The notes beneath the pieces are model-generated. The model made no database searches, was not told where the DNA came from, and saw only the letters and a program-made list of their open reading frames with translations. This document shows, one piece after another, positions 12,625-26,089 of a DNA stretch of 64,000 bases (positions within the stretch are counted from its first letter, which is position 1; the number at the start of each line of letters is the position of its first letter). Made by a program: the position numbers and the translations under genes. Origin of the DNA: Heptranchias perlo (Eukaryota); the NCBI RefSeq assembly GCF_035084215.1, contig NC_090326.1, positions 43,400,001 through 43,464,000 of the forward strand, in the 5' to 3' direction.

Positions 12625-14922
12625 AAGTGAGAACCAGGCAGAATATAGAAAGTTCAGAGGGGAAGTGAAAAAGGAAATAAGAGGGGCAAAGAGAGAGTAT
12701 GAGAATAGACTGGCAGCCAACATAAAAGGGAATTCAAAAATCTTCTACAGGCATGTAAACAGGTAGTAAAAGGAGGGGTGAGGCCGATTAGGGACCATAA
12801 AGGAGATCTACTCATGGAGGCAGAGGGGATGGCCGAGGTACTAAATGAATACTTCGCATCTGTCTTTACCAAGGAAGAAGATGCTGCCAGAGTCTCAATA
12901 AAGGAAGATATAGTTGATATACTGAATGGGCTGAAAATTGATAAAGAAGAGGCATCAAAAAGTCTAGCTATACTTAAGGTAGATAAGTCACCCGGTCCGG
13001 ATGGGATGCATCCTAGGTTGCTGAGGGAAGTAAGGGTGGAAATTGCGGAGGTACTGGCCATAATCTTCCAAACATCTGTAGACACGGGGGTGGTGCCAGA
13101 GGACTGGAGAATTGCAAATGTTACACCCTTATTCAAAAAAGGGTGTAAGGATAAACCCAGCAACTATAGGCCAGTTAGTTTAACCTCAGTGGTGAGGAAA
13201 CTTTTAGAAACGATAATCCGGGACAGAACTAACAGTCACTTGGACGAGTGTGGATTGATTAGGGAAAGCTACCACGGATTTGTTAAAGGCAAATCGTGTT
13301 TAACTAACCTGATAGAGTTTTTTGATGAGATAACATAAGAACATAAGAAATAGGAGCAGGAGTAGGCCATCCAGCCCCTCGAGCCTGCTCCGCCATTCAA
13401 CAATATCAAGCTGATCTTCTACCTCAACGCCATTTTCCTGCACTATCCCCATTTCCCTTGATGCCTTTAATATCTAGAAATCTATCGATCTCTCTTTTGA
13501 ATGTACTCAAAGACTGAGCCTCCACAGCCCTTTGGGGTAGGGAATTTCAAAGATTCACCACCCTCATCTCAGTCTTAAATGACCTATCCCTTACTCTGAG
13601 ACTGTGACCCCTGGTTCTAGACTCCCCAGCCAGGGGAAACATCCTCCCTGCATCTACCCTGTTGAGCCCTGTAAGAATTTTGTATTGAAGAGACGGTAGA
13701 TGAGGGCAATGCAATTGATGTGGTGTATATGGACTTTCAAAAGGCGTTGATAAAGTGCTGCACGGTAGGCTTATCATCAAGGTTGCGGCCCATGGAATAA
13801 AGGGGGCAGTAGCTACATGGATACAGAATTGGCTAAGTGACAGGAAACAGAGTAGTGGTGAATGGTTGTTTTTCGGACTGGAGGGAGGTGTACAGTGGTG
13901 TTCCCCAGGGGGTTGGTGTTGGGACCACTGCTTTTCTTGATATATATTAATAACTTGGACTTGGGTGCTCAGGGCACAATTTCAAAATTTGCAGATGACA
14001 CAAAACTTGGAAAGGTAGTGAACAGTGAGGAGGATAGTGATAGACTTCAAGAGGATATAGGCAGGCTGGTGGCAAGGGCGGACACGTGGCAGATGAAATT
14101 TAACGCAGAAAAATGTGAAGTGATACATTTCAGTAGGAAGAACGAGGAGAAGCAATATAAACTAGAGGGCACAACTCTAAAAGGAGTACAGGAACAGAGA
14201 AATCTTGGGTATATGTGCACAAATCGTTGAAGATGGCAGGGCAGGTTGAGAAAGCGGTTAAAAAAGAATATGGGATCCTGAGTTTTATAAATAGAGGCAT
14301 AGAGTACAAAAGTATGGAAGTCATGATGAACCTTTATAAAACACTGGTTCGGCCACAACTGGAGTATTGTGTCCAGTTCTGGGCACCCCCGCACTTTAGG
14401 AAAGATGTGAAGGCCTTAGAGAGGGTGCAGAAGAGATTTACCAGAATGATTCCAGGGATGAGGGACTTTAGTTACGTGGATAGACTAGAGTAGCTGGGGT
14501 TGTTCTCCTTGGAACAGAGAAGGCTGCAAGGAGATTTGATTGAGATATTCAAGATCATGAAGGGTCTAAACAGAGTAGATAGAGAGAAACTGTTCCCATT
14601 GGCGGAATGGTCAAGAACCAGAGGACATAGATTTAAGGTGATTGGCAAAAGAACCAAAGGTGACATGAGGAAAAACTTTTTTACACAGTGAATGGTTTAG
14701 GATCTGGAATGCACTGCCCGAGGGGGTGGTGGAGGCAGATTCAATCATGGCCTTCAAAAGGGAACTGGATAAGTACTTGAAAGGAAAAAAATTACAGGTT
14801 ACAGGGATGGGGGGTGGGGGGAGGGGACTAGCTGGATTGCTCTTGCATAGAGCCGGCACGGACTTTGTGGGCCAAATGGCCTCCTTCTGTGCTGTAACCC
14901 TTCTGTGATTCTACTATGATTC
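12625..14922 (+). mobile_element. CR1 LINE (ORF2 3' half) with nested antisense CR1 tail at ~13332-13684
   Basis: LNEYFASVFTKE, KSPGPDGMHPRLLREV, NYRPVSLTSVV, SKFADDTKLG, LYKTLVRPQLEYC; CR1 3' tail. Confidence 0.92.
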
Positions 14923-15270
14923 ATACACTTATACCAAAATCAAAATTCATGAGAATTGAGATTTTTTTTTAATCCAATTGTAACATCTGAATTCAGTCAT
15001 TGCCATATGGAAGAACAACAGAGTTCTTTGCTCCAGTGGGATGTTCCACTATAAACTATACATTAATCCACAAAAGAAATACTAAACTTTAATCAGTGTG
15101 CATGCTTTCAAATACCAGCCTGGACTGCACCAGTTCACAATCCTGCCTTGGAACATTCCTACATTCTGTTTGTTTGGCTGTGGATGCATTTAATTTCTTA
15201 ACTTAGTCTTTCCTAACTTACATTTATTTACTAATATCTCTCTGTCCCTTTTTGTGTTCTAACCAAACAG

Positions 15271-15456
15271 AAGTACTCTGCCATCTCTCTCTGCAACATC
15301 ACAACAGATGCCTTGAAAGTCATCAATGCCACGGAGGATCTGATTGGAGAGGCCACAGGGGAAAGTGATTCCCTGTCAGAGTCATGTGCAGGAAGAATTC
15401 CTACAGGAAAGGACGCAGTGAAACTTGAAGAGCAGCTCTCTAAACTAGAGGAAAAT
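15271..15456 (+). CDS. MYRIP: MYRIP internal exon (KYSAISLCNITTDALKVINATEDLIGE...KLEEQLSKLEEN)
   Basis: Pyrimidine tract + cag acceptor, gtaagg donor, 186 bp, phase 0/0. Matches recalled human MYRIP KFSAVSLCNISTEVLKVINATEELI...LDEQLTSLEEN. Confidence 0.93.
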
Positions 15457-15729
15457 GTAAGGGCAGTAAAGATTTGTTAGATTTTTGGTACAGTTAGCCG
15501 GTGCAGTTTAGTAATTGGGACTTTATCTGGACATTGCTAAAGTATACTTTAACAATAATGTTTCCAGCTAGACTAGAAGAGAAAGGTAATGGATACAAAA
15601 TTGGAAATTAACAATAAATTAGAGGTCAGAGCTCTTGCATAAACATACACATCAGGACAAAAGGGGCTTGTGTTGACCACATCAGCAACCTGCACAAAAA
15701 ACAACACCTTTTTGGATGTGGTACTTTAA

Positions 15730-15900
15730 AGAAAGAAAGAACTTGCATTTATATAGTGCTTTTCACAATCTCAGGCAGTCCTAAAGCATTTTACAGCCAA
15801 TGACGTACTTTTAAAGTGAAGTCACTGTTGTGATGTAGCTAATGTGCGCACAGCAAGATCCCACAAACAGCAATGAGATAAGGACCAGATAATCTATTTT
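15730..15900 (-). mobile_element. DeuSINE (SacSINE1-like) 3' fragment
   Basis: Reverse complement of the SINE tail seen at 55000-55160 and 63640-63795. Confidence 0.75.
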
Positions 15901-16859
15901 TTAAATTCCTTACTTCTACATACTTTGAAGCTGATCTTCTGTAATAATGAACATCAATCCACGATCTGATTTCAATACATCAAATAGGGGACAGCAGCCT
16001 GGGACTTTTCTGGATGGGCTCTTGACTGAAAATTACCAAGTACTCCAGTATTTGCTCATAAGCACTTTCCCTGCCACCGTGTACTTGAAAAATGTGGGGA
16101 TGGGCCCTTCTGCAACTAGTTTTCTTTCTTCCTCCCCCTCACCCAGTGAACCACATAAGATGAGCAAACTGTCACTGAAGAAGTCAGATTATGATTGCTT
16201 CTCCATCCCGATTAGCCTAGACCAGAATATAAAATTTTTCCTCTCTGTTTTCAGTTTTCTCTATAATTTTCCGATATATAAATGAGTGTAAGTGCACCAA
16301 GAAAAAGCACAGAAGCAATGGAATTGCTTTCATGTTTTTCATTATTTTCAATTACACACATAGAAATATATTTTAATCTTAGATTATACCACAATATTCA
16401 TAATTTTTTTTTGCTTTCACATTGTTTCTATCCCCAGTCTCTTTGCCCCTCCTTGTTTCTCTCCTTCCATTTCTCATTCTGCTTTCTCTTTTACTGTTTC
16501 TGTGACTCTCCTATGCTGATATCTTCTATTCTTCCTCTCCCACTCAGGAAGGTAGGCAGATTATATGGAAAGAGACCATGAAGAAACAGAGAGATGGATA
16601 CATATAAGGCTACAATCCCATTAAATGAATTCCCATTTTCCTCCCCATGTCCCATTTGGAGTTAAAACCTTGTCAATTAGTCTAGTTCTCATGGGAATGG
16701 AGCACTGGAGTATGAACTCAGTCAAGTTAGGAATTTGATTTTGAGACCTTCATTGTAGTGCTCACGTCACTAGGCCACACCAATGTTCTTGTTTTTAATA
16801 CAGAGTGAAGCTTCTCAGGAAAATTAATGCAAAATAATGGGAATCATAACTCTAAAACT

Positions 16860-17290
16860 GCCGCCAGTTCTATAGCAAATGCTTATAACCATACATCTGG
16901 GATTTCCCATTAAAAGTATCATAATGATGAACATTTATTTTGAAGACCTAAAATGGATGCTTTATTTGTAACAACCCAAACCAGTATCTCAGGTTTGTCG
17001 TCTTAACCCTGGGAACATCCTGTGCAGTACGTTTTCTATGGCTTTAATGTCCTTTTTACAGTGGGGTGCCACAAATATTACACAGTGCTCTAACTGTGGT
17101 CTAACTATTGCCTTGTACAAACTTATCATAGCCTCTTTGCTCTTGTACTCTGTGCCCCTATATAAAAATCCCAAAATGCAGTCGGGCTGTTTTTAATAGC
17201 TTTACCTATTTGCACTTACACTTTCAAAGAATGGCGAATTTGAACCCATAGATCTCGTTGTTCATGCATGCACTTCAAAACCGAACAATT
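16860..17290 (-). mobile_element. Degenerate CR1 fragment
   Basis: YRGTEYKSKEAMISLYKAIVRPQLEHC. Confidence 0.8.
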
Positions 17291-17576
17291 GAAAGCATTG
17301 CATAGCAGAAATAAAGATGTAGCTGCTTTGAATAGGCAGATGCATGGCAGCATGTGCTAGAGGATCCCTATCGGCCCTGTTAGGCATTGCTTTTTGCATT
17401 CAGTTCATCAACATGTGGCAGAATTCTCATTCAGCAGCACCATCACTTGTGCGTAGCACCTTCATGAATTTGTTCAATTGGAATGGTGTTGTACCGAATA
17501 AAGTGTCCAAAATCCTAAATTTTCTGTGGCGGTGAAAGCATGTCCCCAGACTCCTCCCCCCTAGGAAAGAAATCTC

Positions 17577-18289
17577 AGCCCAGAATTTGCTGCAGCTCGA
17601 AAATGTTTTGCCCTGCTAGTTGCTGGAAGGGCGAGCTGATAACGGCACAGCGAGGTCAAGAGGCCATCTGGCACCTTGGTGAATAACGGGACCAACAGTC
17701 TATCTCTTTAACTAATGAGATTTAAGGATTGAGAGAGAAACAGAGGAAAGACAGAGAAGGAGGGTGAATTAGAGTTGAATCAGGTACAGAAACAGAAATA
17801 AAGAGAGGAAAAGAAAGATTGGATTAAGAGAGAGAGAAAAAAGAGACACAAAGTAAAAGTAAGATTTTTTTTTAAAATTTTAACGTTTAAATTTAGAAAA
17901 TCTCTAGCAGCAATTTACTACCTGTAGGAGTGAGACTCCACAGTTTCAATTGTTCCTTTTCTGGGCCGGAGAGGTTGAATGGCATTGCAGGAATATAAAT
18001 CTCATCCTTAAAAAGGTATGCTGTTAAGTACCAGCCCTAACTTTCTGAGATGAGTTTGATATGCAATTAATATGCAAATGCAGCAATTTTTTGAAATTCA
18101 CGAGGAAGTTGAGGGCGAGCTGCTGTTTTCGCAAAGCTAACATTGGAGCGGCACAAATCACCCAACAACTTGTGGTGATTCACAATTCACAGGGTATCTC
18201 TTCCTCGCCACAAGTTGCTGATCGATTTACACATTAATAACAACGTGCACATTAAACTCGCTGTTATTTTGGCAGCAAATTCTGGCCCC
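17577..18289. mobile_element. MITE with TIRs
   Basis: Left end cccagaatttgctgc; right end gcagcaaattctggcccc. Confidence 0.75.
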
Positions 18290-18554
18290 CTTGTGTCTTT
18301 GAAATTTATAATCTCCCTTCAGGCTTTCATGTACTTAACGTGAAGGAATATTAGGTATAACCACACTTTACTGATAATCTCCTGTCGTACACTGCACTTT
18401 CAGTGTAATTACTTGCTTTCACATGTCATAGATGTTACTAATGGCTGTTTTTGAGTGTCAGTTTTTTTAGGTTGTCAATATTTTGAAACTGTTGGTCAGC
18501 TTTTGTTGGCTGCCTAGGTTGGCATCTAAGTATTATTTATAAAATGAAAAAAAA

Positions 18555-19395
18555 ACTTGCATTTATATAACTCTTTATCTCGTCTCTCAGAAATGTCCCA
18601 AATTGCTCCACACATAATGAATTACTTTGAAGTACGATCATGATTGTTCTGTCAGCCTTGGCTCAGTGGTAGCACTCTCACCTCTGACTCAAAAGGTCAT
18701 GAGCTCAAGCCGCACTTCAGGACCTGAACACATAATCTAGGCTGGCACTTCTGAGGGAGTGCTATACTATTGTTGGTGCCATTTTTTCTGATGAGATGTT
18801 AAGCCAAGGCCCTATCCACGCAGGTGGACATAAGCTATTCCATGGCACTGTTTGAAGCAGAGCAGGGGGATTCTTCCAGTGTCCTTTAACCAATGACATC
18901 AAAAAGAGATTAACTGGTCATACCTCCCTTTGCTGTTTGTGGGACCCTGCTGTGCACATATTGGTTGTCATATTTTCTTACATAACAACAGTGACCACAT
19001 CTCAAAAGTAAGCAATTGGCTATGAAGTACTTTAGGATATGAAAGCAACTATATAAATGTAAGTTCTTTTTTTGAAATGAGTACACATCAATGATCCACA
19101 AACGTCAATGAGATGAGTGACCATTAGTCTATTTGTGGTATTATTGGTTGAGGGATGAATGTTGGCCAGGACCCCGGAGAACTCTCTGCTGTTCTTTAAA
19201 AAGTGCCATGGATCTTTAACATCTACCTCAACAGTCAGACAAATCATTGATTTTGCGTTTCATCCATTGATAATATAACATTTTAGCACTGCAGTGAGCT
19301 GCCAGCTCAGATTAAGTGCACAAGTCCATGAATTGGGCTTAAACACACAACCTTCTGACTCAGAGATGAAAGTGCTACCAATAAGGCAAAGTGAC
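18555..19395. mobile_element. DeuSINE (+, 18652-19073) inserted into an antisense DeuSINE (18555-18650 + 19081-19395)
   Basis: tRNA-like head with A box tggctcagtgg (18659) and B-box-like gagctcaagcc (18701). Deu core gatgagatgttaagcc..ccatggcact..gaagcagagcagggg. The antisense copy flanks it on both sides. Confidence 0.8.
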
Positions 19396-20473
19396 ACAAG
19401 CAATTTTATGTGAGTTCTTGAAGTGTTAGTCTTGACTATAACCCCAAAATTCCAGGGGGCCTGCTCCACCAGCTCAAGTGCAGCAGAGTGAAACCCTCGC
19501 GCACCTTAGCCCCAGGCCAGTTGCCCCGTCCCCAATCACAAGGCCGGCATCATTTGCATGTCCGGGACGGGCCAGTGGTGCCTGTAAAGAGAAATCGCAG
19601 AACCCGCCCTGACCCAGCCCAATCTATCCTTGTAAGGCAGAGCAGACTGCAGCTGCTCCACTGAGGTTCCATGAGGTCCAGTAGAGCCAAAGAAAAATAT
19701 CTCTTCTTCAGTCTCCAGCTCCAGAAGTAGCTGTTCTGACTCCAGACAAGGTGATCAGTCCCCTCCAGTAACTCTACTAAAAGTTTGGCATCTTCAGAAG
19801 GCCACAAAAGAGCTCACACCAGCTCTCAGAATGCAAAGGGGCAGAATTTCCCAGGGAAGCCTGGGAACCCTCCCCTTGACATGGAAGAACTGTCCATGGC
19901 CTCCCTCCACTGGGATTTAAAAGGGCAGAAATCATACCCCCCCCCCCTTCGCCTTTCTGCTCTCTCCAGCTCCAGGAATCCCGGGCCTGGCAGGGCACTG
20001 CTATAGCAGTGTGAGTCAACATCCTTTTCATTCTCTATGCCGAGTAGGAGGTGTCCAGGGTAGAAATATTTGATACTATTCAAATACTGCGAAGTAATTT
20101 TTTTATTAAGGAACCAAGTTGAAAAGCCAAGCCCTGTAATGCACAACCGAGATTGAAAAGAATAGAACAGAAGATGGGATAAATCGTTAAGCAGCAGCGA
20201 TCACGTCAGACAAACAGATAATGAAAAAGAGATAGTAAAAAATTAGCCCCCTCCCATACTTACCCATTTTTTAAAAAGAAATTTCGGCCTTGAATTTCCA
20301 TGGATGTTCTTCCAATCATCCACCATAACTTCCTGCTTATTAAAATCAGCACTAAATGTGTTTATGGTATGGCCTGTTTGATAGCAACCATGTTTCAGAT
20401 ATTCATTGAAATTGTCTTTATCATTGTGAAGCACTGGTAAGCTCTTATATTGTAGTACTTGTCCTTTTTATAG

Positions 20474-20635
20474 GTTTACATAACAGCAGGCACTGTGTAT
20501 AGTCTGGAGGGGCAACTGAATGACCTAGAGGATTGTGCACGTAGCATTCACAGTATAACTACTGAAACTGAACTTGCAGATCTAGAGGACCAAGTGGCAA
20601 CAGCAGCTGCACAGGTTCACCAAGCAGAACTCCAG
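20474..20635 (+). CDS. MYRIP: MYRIP internal exon (VYITAGTVYSLEGQLNDLEDCARSIHS...AQVHQAELQ)
   Basis: tttttatag acceptor, gtaagt donor, 162 bp, phase 0/0. Strong match to recalled MYRIP VYLAAGTVYGLE...LADLEDQVATAAAQVHHAELQ. Confidence 0.96.
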
Positions 20636-21159
20636 GTAAGTATCAAATACAATATCAGGTCATACAGGACACAGTATTGAGCACAAAGCAACATGCAGCT
20701 AAAGACCCTCTGAACTTAGGGCAACACAATTTCACAGAGCTTCCCAATCATGTTGAAGCTGCTGATCAGTAGTGAAAGTGATGGAGCCGTTGCCCTCATT
20801 GAATAATACATCTGTGACTTCCTTGATATATTTCTAAAGTTGAAAGCTACATAATGAGCTACTTTGGTTAGATATGTCCCATACAAAAGACTAAGCTAAC
20901 ACTAGGAGTATACTACAGACCGCCAGGTCAGCACAAGAAGGAAGATATCTTGCACTGTGAAGAAATAAAAAAAGTGTGTGTGTGAGCAGGAAAGTTATTT
21001 TTTTAATGGGTGACTCCAATCTATCTAAGATAAATTGGAAAAACCCAGATGGTTTAAAATCAGAGCTTGTAAATGTAATTCATGACTGCTTTATAAACCA
21101 GTGCATCTGAGAAGACACAGAGCTAATGCTCATCTCGACCTGGTATTCATAAGTGATGC

Positions 21160-22170
21160 AATCAATGTACAGAAAATGGAAATTGTGACTCTAGAGGACA
21201 ACAACCATAGAATGATTTAGTTCAATATGATCTGGGATTCAGAAATCCCAAAGCTCAGGAACCAGGTATATAATTCTAAAAAGGACTAATTTCAAATAAA
21301 TGAGGGAATAATTTAAGCAAGTTGATTAGGGGAAACTGTTCATCAACATTTCATGTGGAACACCTTTAAAGGCAGGATAAACACATGCAGGATAAACACA
21401 TACCTAAAACCAAAATGCTCAAACTACACAAATGTGACCCTAAATGGATTAATAAATAAATCAAAAGAGAAATAAAGAGGAAAAATATCTCTACCAGTCC
21501 TGCAGGGAGAAAAGAGATGGGGTTCATTGGGATGAATATAAGAACATAAAAAGACATGTAAAAAGGGTGTTCAGAGGGGCAAAGACAGACCTGGAAAAAA
21601 CATAGCTGTAGATGTAAAATATAACAATTCTTTCAGTACTTCAACAGTAAAAAGGGCACTCAGAGGAGAGAAGCACAAAAGATGCAAACGGACTTGAAAC
21701 AGAGGAGAAGCAATCAACAAAGTTCAATAGAATGTTAAAGTCTATAGCCAAAACTGGAGAACACAAGTCAGAGGAACCTGCTTGTTTCCCGTCTGGTGGG
21801 AACAATTACAATTAGGCTTTTCAGCCTTGAAAGAAAATGTCAGAGCAGTAAGCATATAAAGGTGTATAAAATAGTTAAGGGACTGGAGAAAGTAAATCCC
21901 TAAAATTACTTTAAATTGTGAGAAGAGAACAATGGGGCACAGATTCAAACTAGTAAAAGACAAATTTAGGACTGACATCAGGAAATTCTTCTTCACTTAA
22001 AGAGTGACCAACATGTGGGATAGTCATCCAGATAGACTAATGGAGGCAAAAACCTTGAAATCATTTCAGAATCAATTAGATGCTGCAATGGAGGGACTTT
22101 AGGGTCTTCCTAGATGGATGAATTAAGATGGGCCAAATGGCCTTCCTTATCCATGATGATCTTGTGATCG
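21160..22170 (+). mobile_element. Old CR1 fragments
   Basis: Degenerate ORF2 pieces and 3' end (ggggcacagattcaaact..ttcttcttcact..gtggga). Confidence 0.6.
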
Positions 22171-22769
22171 GTGGACAGCAAATTGGCCAACATTCCAGAT
22201 ATCCTCAGTGCTAGCCTGGAAGGAGACCTACATATGAATGACTCTGACAGTCACTGGCAGTGTTGTACGGATGTTACAAATTATATGCAGAGGTCTTCCT
22301 GAAGGAATTGGCACAGCTCTGTCGCTATGTTGCGGCCAAACCTCAGCTTCCTTGGGCATAGCTCTATCTTTATTACCAGGGTAATATGGCAGAATCGCTG
22401 TACAGTAGAGAGGTAGGTCTTAATGATATGCCATGCATATCATTTGACATCATGCCAACCCTTTCCTGCTGCTGCTGGGCCTCCTCTGCCAAGTCCAATG
22501 CTCATGGTGCACTGAATGCACATCCCAATGCACATAAATCTAGAAAGTTGACCGAAAATTTGATCTAACCAATCAACATACAGCTTTATGCTAAGAAACA
22601 TGAATAATTTTAATATCTCTTGTCCATTTGTGAAAAGCTTTTCCAAATGTAAAGTAATAACCCCTCGCTGACTGTTCAGGGTTTAAATTTCACTCTAAGA
22701 AAGCAGCACATTTCCACCACACCTAGTTTTTATTGCCTTGAACAAACCTTGGAGACAATAGCAACTTCA

Positions 22770-23450
22770 ACATAGCATAATGTATCAAGATTGCTTCACA
22801 GCTGGACTTAGACCTGAGCAGGAGCAGGAGGGAAATTAGGAGTGGTGGCTGAAGTGCATTTGAAGAAGTAGATTTTAAGGAGGGCTTTGAGGGTGCAGAG
22901 GGATTTAGCATGGCAGAGGAGTTCAGGAAAAGAGTTCCAGAGCATAGAGGCAAAATAGTTGAAGGCTCTGGCCCCGATGATAAAGCAGAGGGAGTGGAGA
23001 AACTGACAATTGATGAGATAGTGTAAGCGGGGACATAGGACTAGAACTAGAGGTAGAGAGGAGCATGTTGAATCATAGAGGGATTTGTAGACAAGGATGA
23101 AGATTTCAAAGTCGACACACTGATGGATAGAAGTAAGAGGAATTAGGCAAACACAGGGATGGTAGGTGAGTGGGACTTTGTGAAGGGTTGGATGTGGATG
23201 GTAGAGTTCTGGATGAGTTGGTGTTTGTATAGGGTGGAGCTTGGGATGCCACCAATGAGGGCATTGGAAACGTTGGGTCTGAAGGTGACAAAGGCATGAA
23301 TGAATGAGTCATTGGAATTGGAGATAAGGTAAGGACAGAGACAGGCACTATTTTGGAGATGGACATACCTTGGTGATGGACTGGAGGTGGGGTTTGAAGT
23401 TCACGTCAAGGTCAAGCAGGACACTGAGATTTGACACTGTCAGGTTGAGC
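22770..23450 (-). mobile_element. Degenerate L2-type LINE fragment
   Basis: Similar to the better-preserved L2 at 26090-27020 (HSFMPLSPSDPTFPMPSL = frameshifted HAFVTSRLDY region). Confidence 0.6.
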
Positions 23451-23775
23451 ATGAGCAGGCCTCCATAAAATGGAATGCACGGAGTTGAGATTTATTGCAC
23501 AGGAGATTTAGAAATGCACCATCTCCTGCATAGTTTTTATTAGGAAGTCAGAAATAAAATACAATATGTAATGTGAACACATTCACTCTCCAAGCTGAAG
23601 GAGATTATGCACAGGTGAGCAGCCTAGGTTCTTGGATGAACAACATAGAAAAAAAATATATAAATATAAATAACAATGTAAAACTCCAGATCACTGCCAC
23701 ACTTATCAATAGTGACTCTTTATATCTATTGTCAATAATTTACATCACCTTGTGTATCAATTATCCATTTGACAG

Positions 23776-23877
23776 GTTTCAGACATTGAACGTAGAATTT
23801 CAGCTCTGAATGTGGCAGGTTTGAATGTGGTTCCCTGTGTACGACTGCTGAAGAAACGTAACCAGCTGGACATGAAG
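23776..23877 (+). CDS. MYRIP: MYRIP internal exon (VSDIERRISALNVAGLNVVPCVRLLKKRNQLDMK)
   Basis: gacag acceptor, gtaaaa donor, 102 bp. Matches recalled ISDIESRISALTIAGLNIAPCVRF. Confidence 0.93.
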
Positions 23878-23979
23878 GTAAAAGAACAGTTTGGATGTTG
23901 AGATTGTAATTCAATCATGACCATTTCCTGTTAAACTATCGTGATTGTGGGCATGTACCTTTTATGTTTTTTTTCTTAG

Positions 23980-24040
23980 GCAGAGACCATTGATTCTTCA
24001 AGGCAACAGAGGAGAAAGCTTCCAGCACCACCAAAGCAAG
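23980..24040 (+). CDS. MYRIP: MYRIP internal exon (AETIDSSRQQRRKLPAPPKQ)
   Basis: Poly-T + cttag acceptor, gtattc donor, phase 0/1. Matches recalled QTIDTSRQQRRKLPAPP. Confidence 0.93.
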
Positions 24041-24493
24041 GTATTCAACAGAAAGTGTATTATACTATAACTTGAGTTCTGAGAATTCCAGTATTCATCG
24101 TAACTTAGAAAAGGCTTGATGAAAAGTCAGATAATTGTTAATTATAATTGTCTTTTCATAAACTATACACTGACTGTATCTATTACTTGGCCAGTTTATA
24201 AGACGGACAGTATTTAAAGGGGAACTTTATAGCTTAAGGTACAAGGAATGATATATACTTCCCTGACATTGGTCCTTTAGAAGTAAATACAAGGCACGCC
24301 ATGTACTAGCCTGATATCAGTCCTGTAAGTGTATACACAAGGGTTGATATGTACTTAGCCTGACAGTTTTGTAATACGTAGACCAAGCCGCTGTTTTTCT
24401 ACCCTTACAGTCACTAGAACTAATGACAAGTACATAACACCCCTGGGGTTGAAACTGAGATTTACTAGTACTACAAGTACATGTCACTCATAA

Positions 24494-24995
24494 AATCATA
24501 GAATCATAGAAAGGTTACAGCACGGAAGGAGGCCATTCAGCCCACCGAGTCCGTGCGGCTCTATGCAAGAGCAATCCAGCTAGTCCCACTCCCCCGCCCT
24601 ATCCCTGTAGTTCTGCAATTATTTTCCTTTCAAGTACTTATCCAGTTCCCTTTTGAAGGCCATGATCGAATCTGCCTCCATCATCCCCTCTGGCAGTGCA
24701 TTCCAGATCCTAACCACTCGCTGTGTAAAAAAGTTTTACCTCATGTCACCTTTGATTCTTTTGCCAGTCACCTTAAATCTATGTCCTCTGGTTCTTGACC
24801 TTTCCGCCAATGGGAACAGTTTCTCTATCTACTCTGTCAAGACCCTTCATGATTTTGAATACCTCTATCAAATCGCCTCGCAACCTTCTCAGTTCCAAGG
24901 AGAACAACCCCAGCTTCTCCAGTAACTAAAGTCCCTCATCCCTGGAATCATTCTAGTAAATCTCTTTTGCACCCTCTCTAAGGCCTTCGCACCCT
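24494..24995 (-). mobile_element. CR1 3' end
   Basis: Reverse complement closely matches 14410-14920; (atcataga)n tail. Confidence 0.9.
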
Positions 24996-26089
24996 GGGGA
25001 ATATAGGAGTATTTGTCATCAGTTCTAGTGACTGTAAGGGTGGAACAACACTGGTTTGGTCTACGTATTACAAAACTATAAACAGTCTCAGATGAGATTA
25101 TAAACCACACAAGTTTTCCTATTTATGGCATAATTTAGACCCCTGTTTAATTGTTTTACCGCTTCGTGACACTCTACTGCACGACAGCTCTAATTCTGTT
25201 CCTCATGGCTTTTAGTAACATCATGTATCTGTTTAGTGCAATCATTATAGAGTTATCATGTAAGACTAACTTTTTCCATTAAGATTATCCTGATTTCCAA
25301 CATAGTAGCTCCAAAACAATACTAATAAGGTTTGAAACAGAGCCAAACAACAGTCTCCTCATCAGTATGTTTTATTTTTGTTACAATACCTCACCAATCA
25401 GTGAACTTCTTTACTAGTACTATATAATATAATTATTAATGGCATTATTTAATGATGCAGAAGACTAAATAGGAAAAGTTATACTCCTCATAACATAAAA
25501 TCTCATTAGAGTTAAATTGCAAATCTAACAAAGAAATAACAGTTTAAGAGTATTTGCTATCTGGATCACAGTGATTCTTTCGAGCAATAAGGCTGAACAT
25601 ATGGGAAACATGCTTCTGTATCCCAGTATCAATTCTACTTCCTGTAGGAAAGTTTGAATTGCTTGTTTCATTTACATAAAGATCAGATAGTGTCTTTGAT
25701 TAAAAGATCAGATTAGTTAATTTCCTTGATTTAATTAGCAACAGTGTTTTTCACTGTGAAGATTTTTATGCTTAATCCAGATTTAACAAGTATTTGAATC
25801 TTCCCAGATATTCAACATTACATTTATGGTGTATGTTTTTTGTTGTTAATTGGATATTCATGTACAACGTTTGTTGAGTTTGCCTGAGAATCTCTGTATT
25901 AAGAGAGCTAACAGAGTGTTAGATTTGACACTGAAGAGATTAAAATCAGGAGGCTTTACTCAGCTCCCACCAAAAACTCTGCTCCTGACTCTTAACTGCC
26001 CCCTGGATGCTCACTCAGGTTAAATCAGATAGTGTGCAACCCTGGTGCTCTATCCGACCCTGCACTGAGCTTCAAATCCCATTTCTCAT

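Noticed and set aside
3600-15270. Further upstream MYRIP exons
   Set aside because: No segment with splice sites and recognisable MYRIP peptide was found; a poorly conserved exon cannot be excluded by eye.
18652-18725. tRNA gene (also 53535-53600 and 58920-58985)
   Set aside because: A/B-box-like motifs only, with no convincing cloverleaf. The first two continue into SINE bodies; the third is probably another SINE head.
20474-20635. MLPH (melanophilin) instead of MYRIP
   Set aside because: Peptides across four exons (SLCNI..LKVINATE, LADLEDQVATAAAQVH, SRQQRRKLPAPP) match recalled MYRIP much better.
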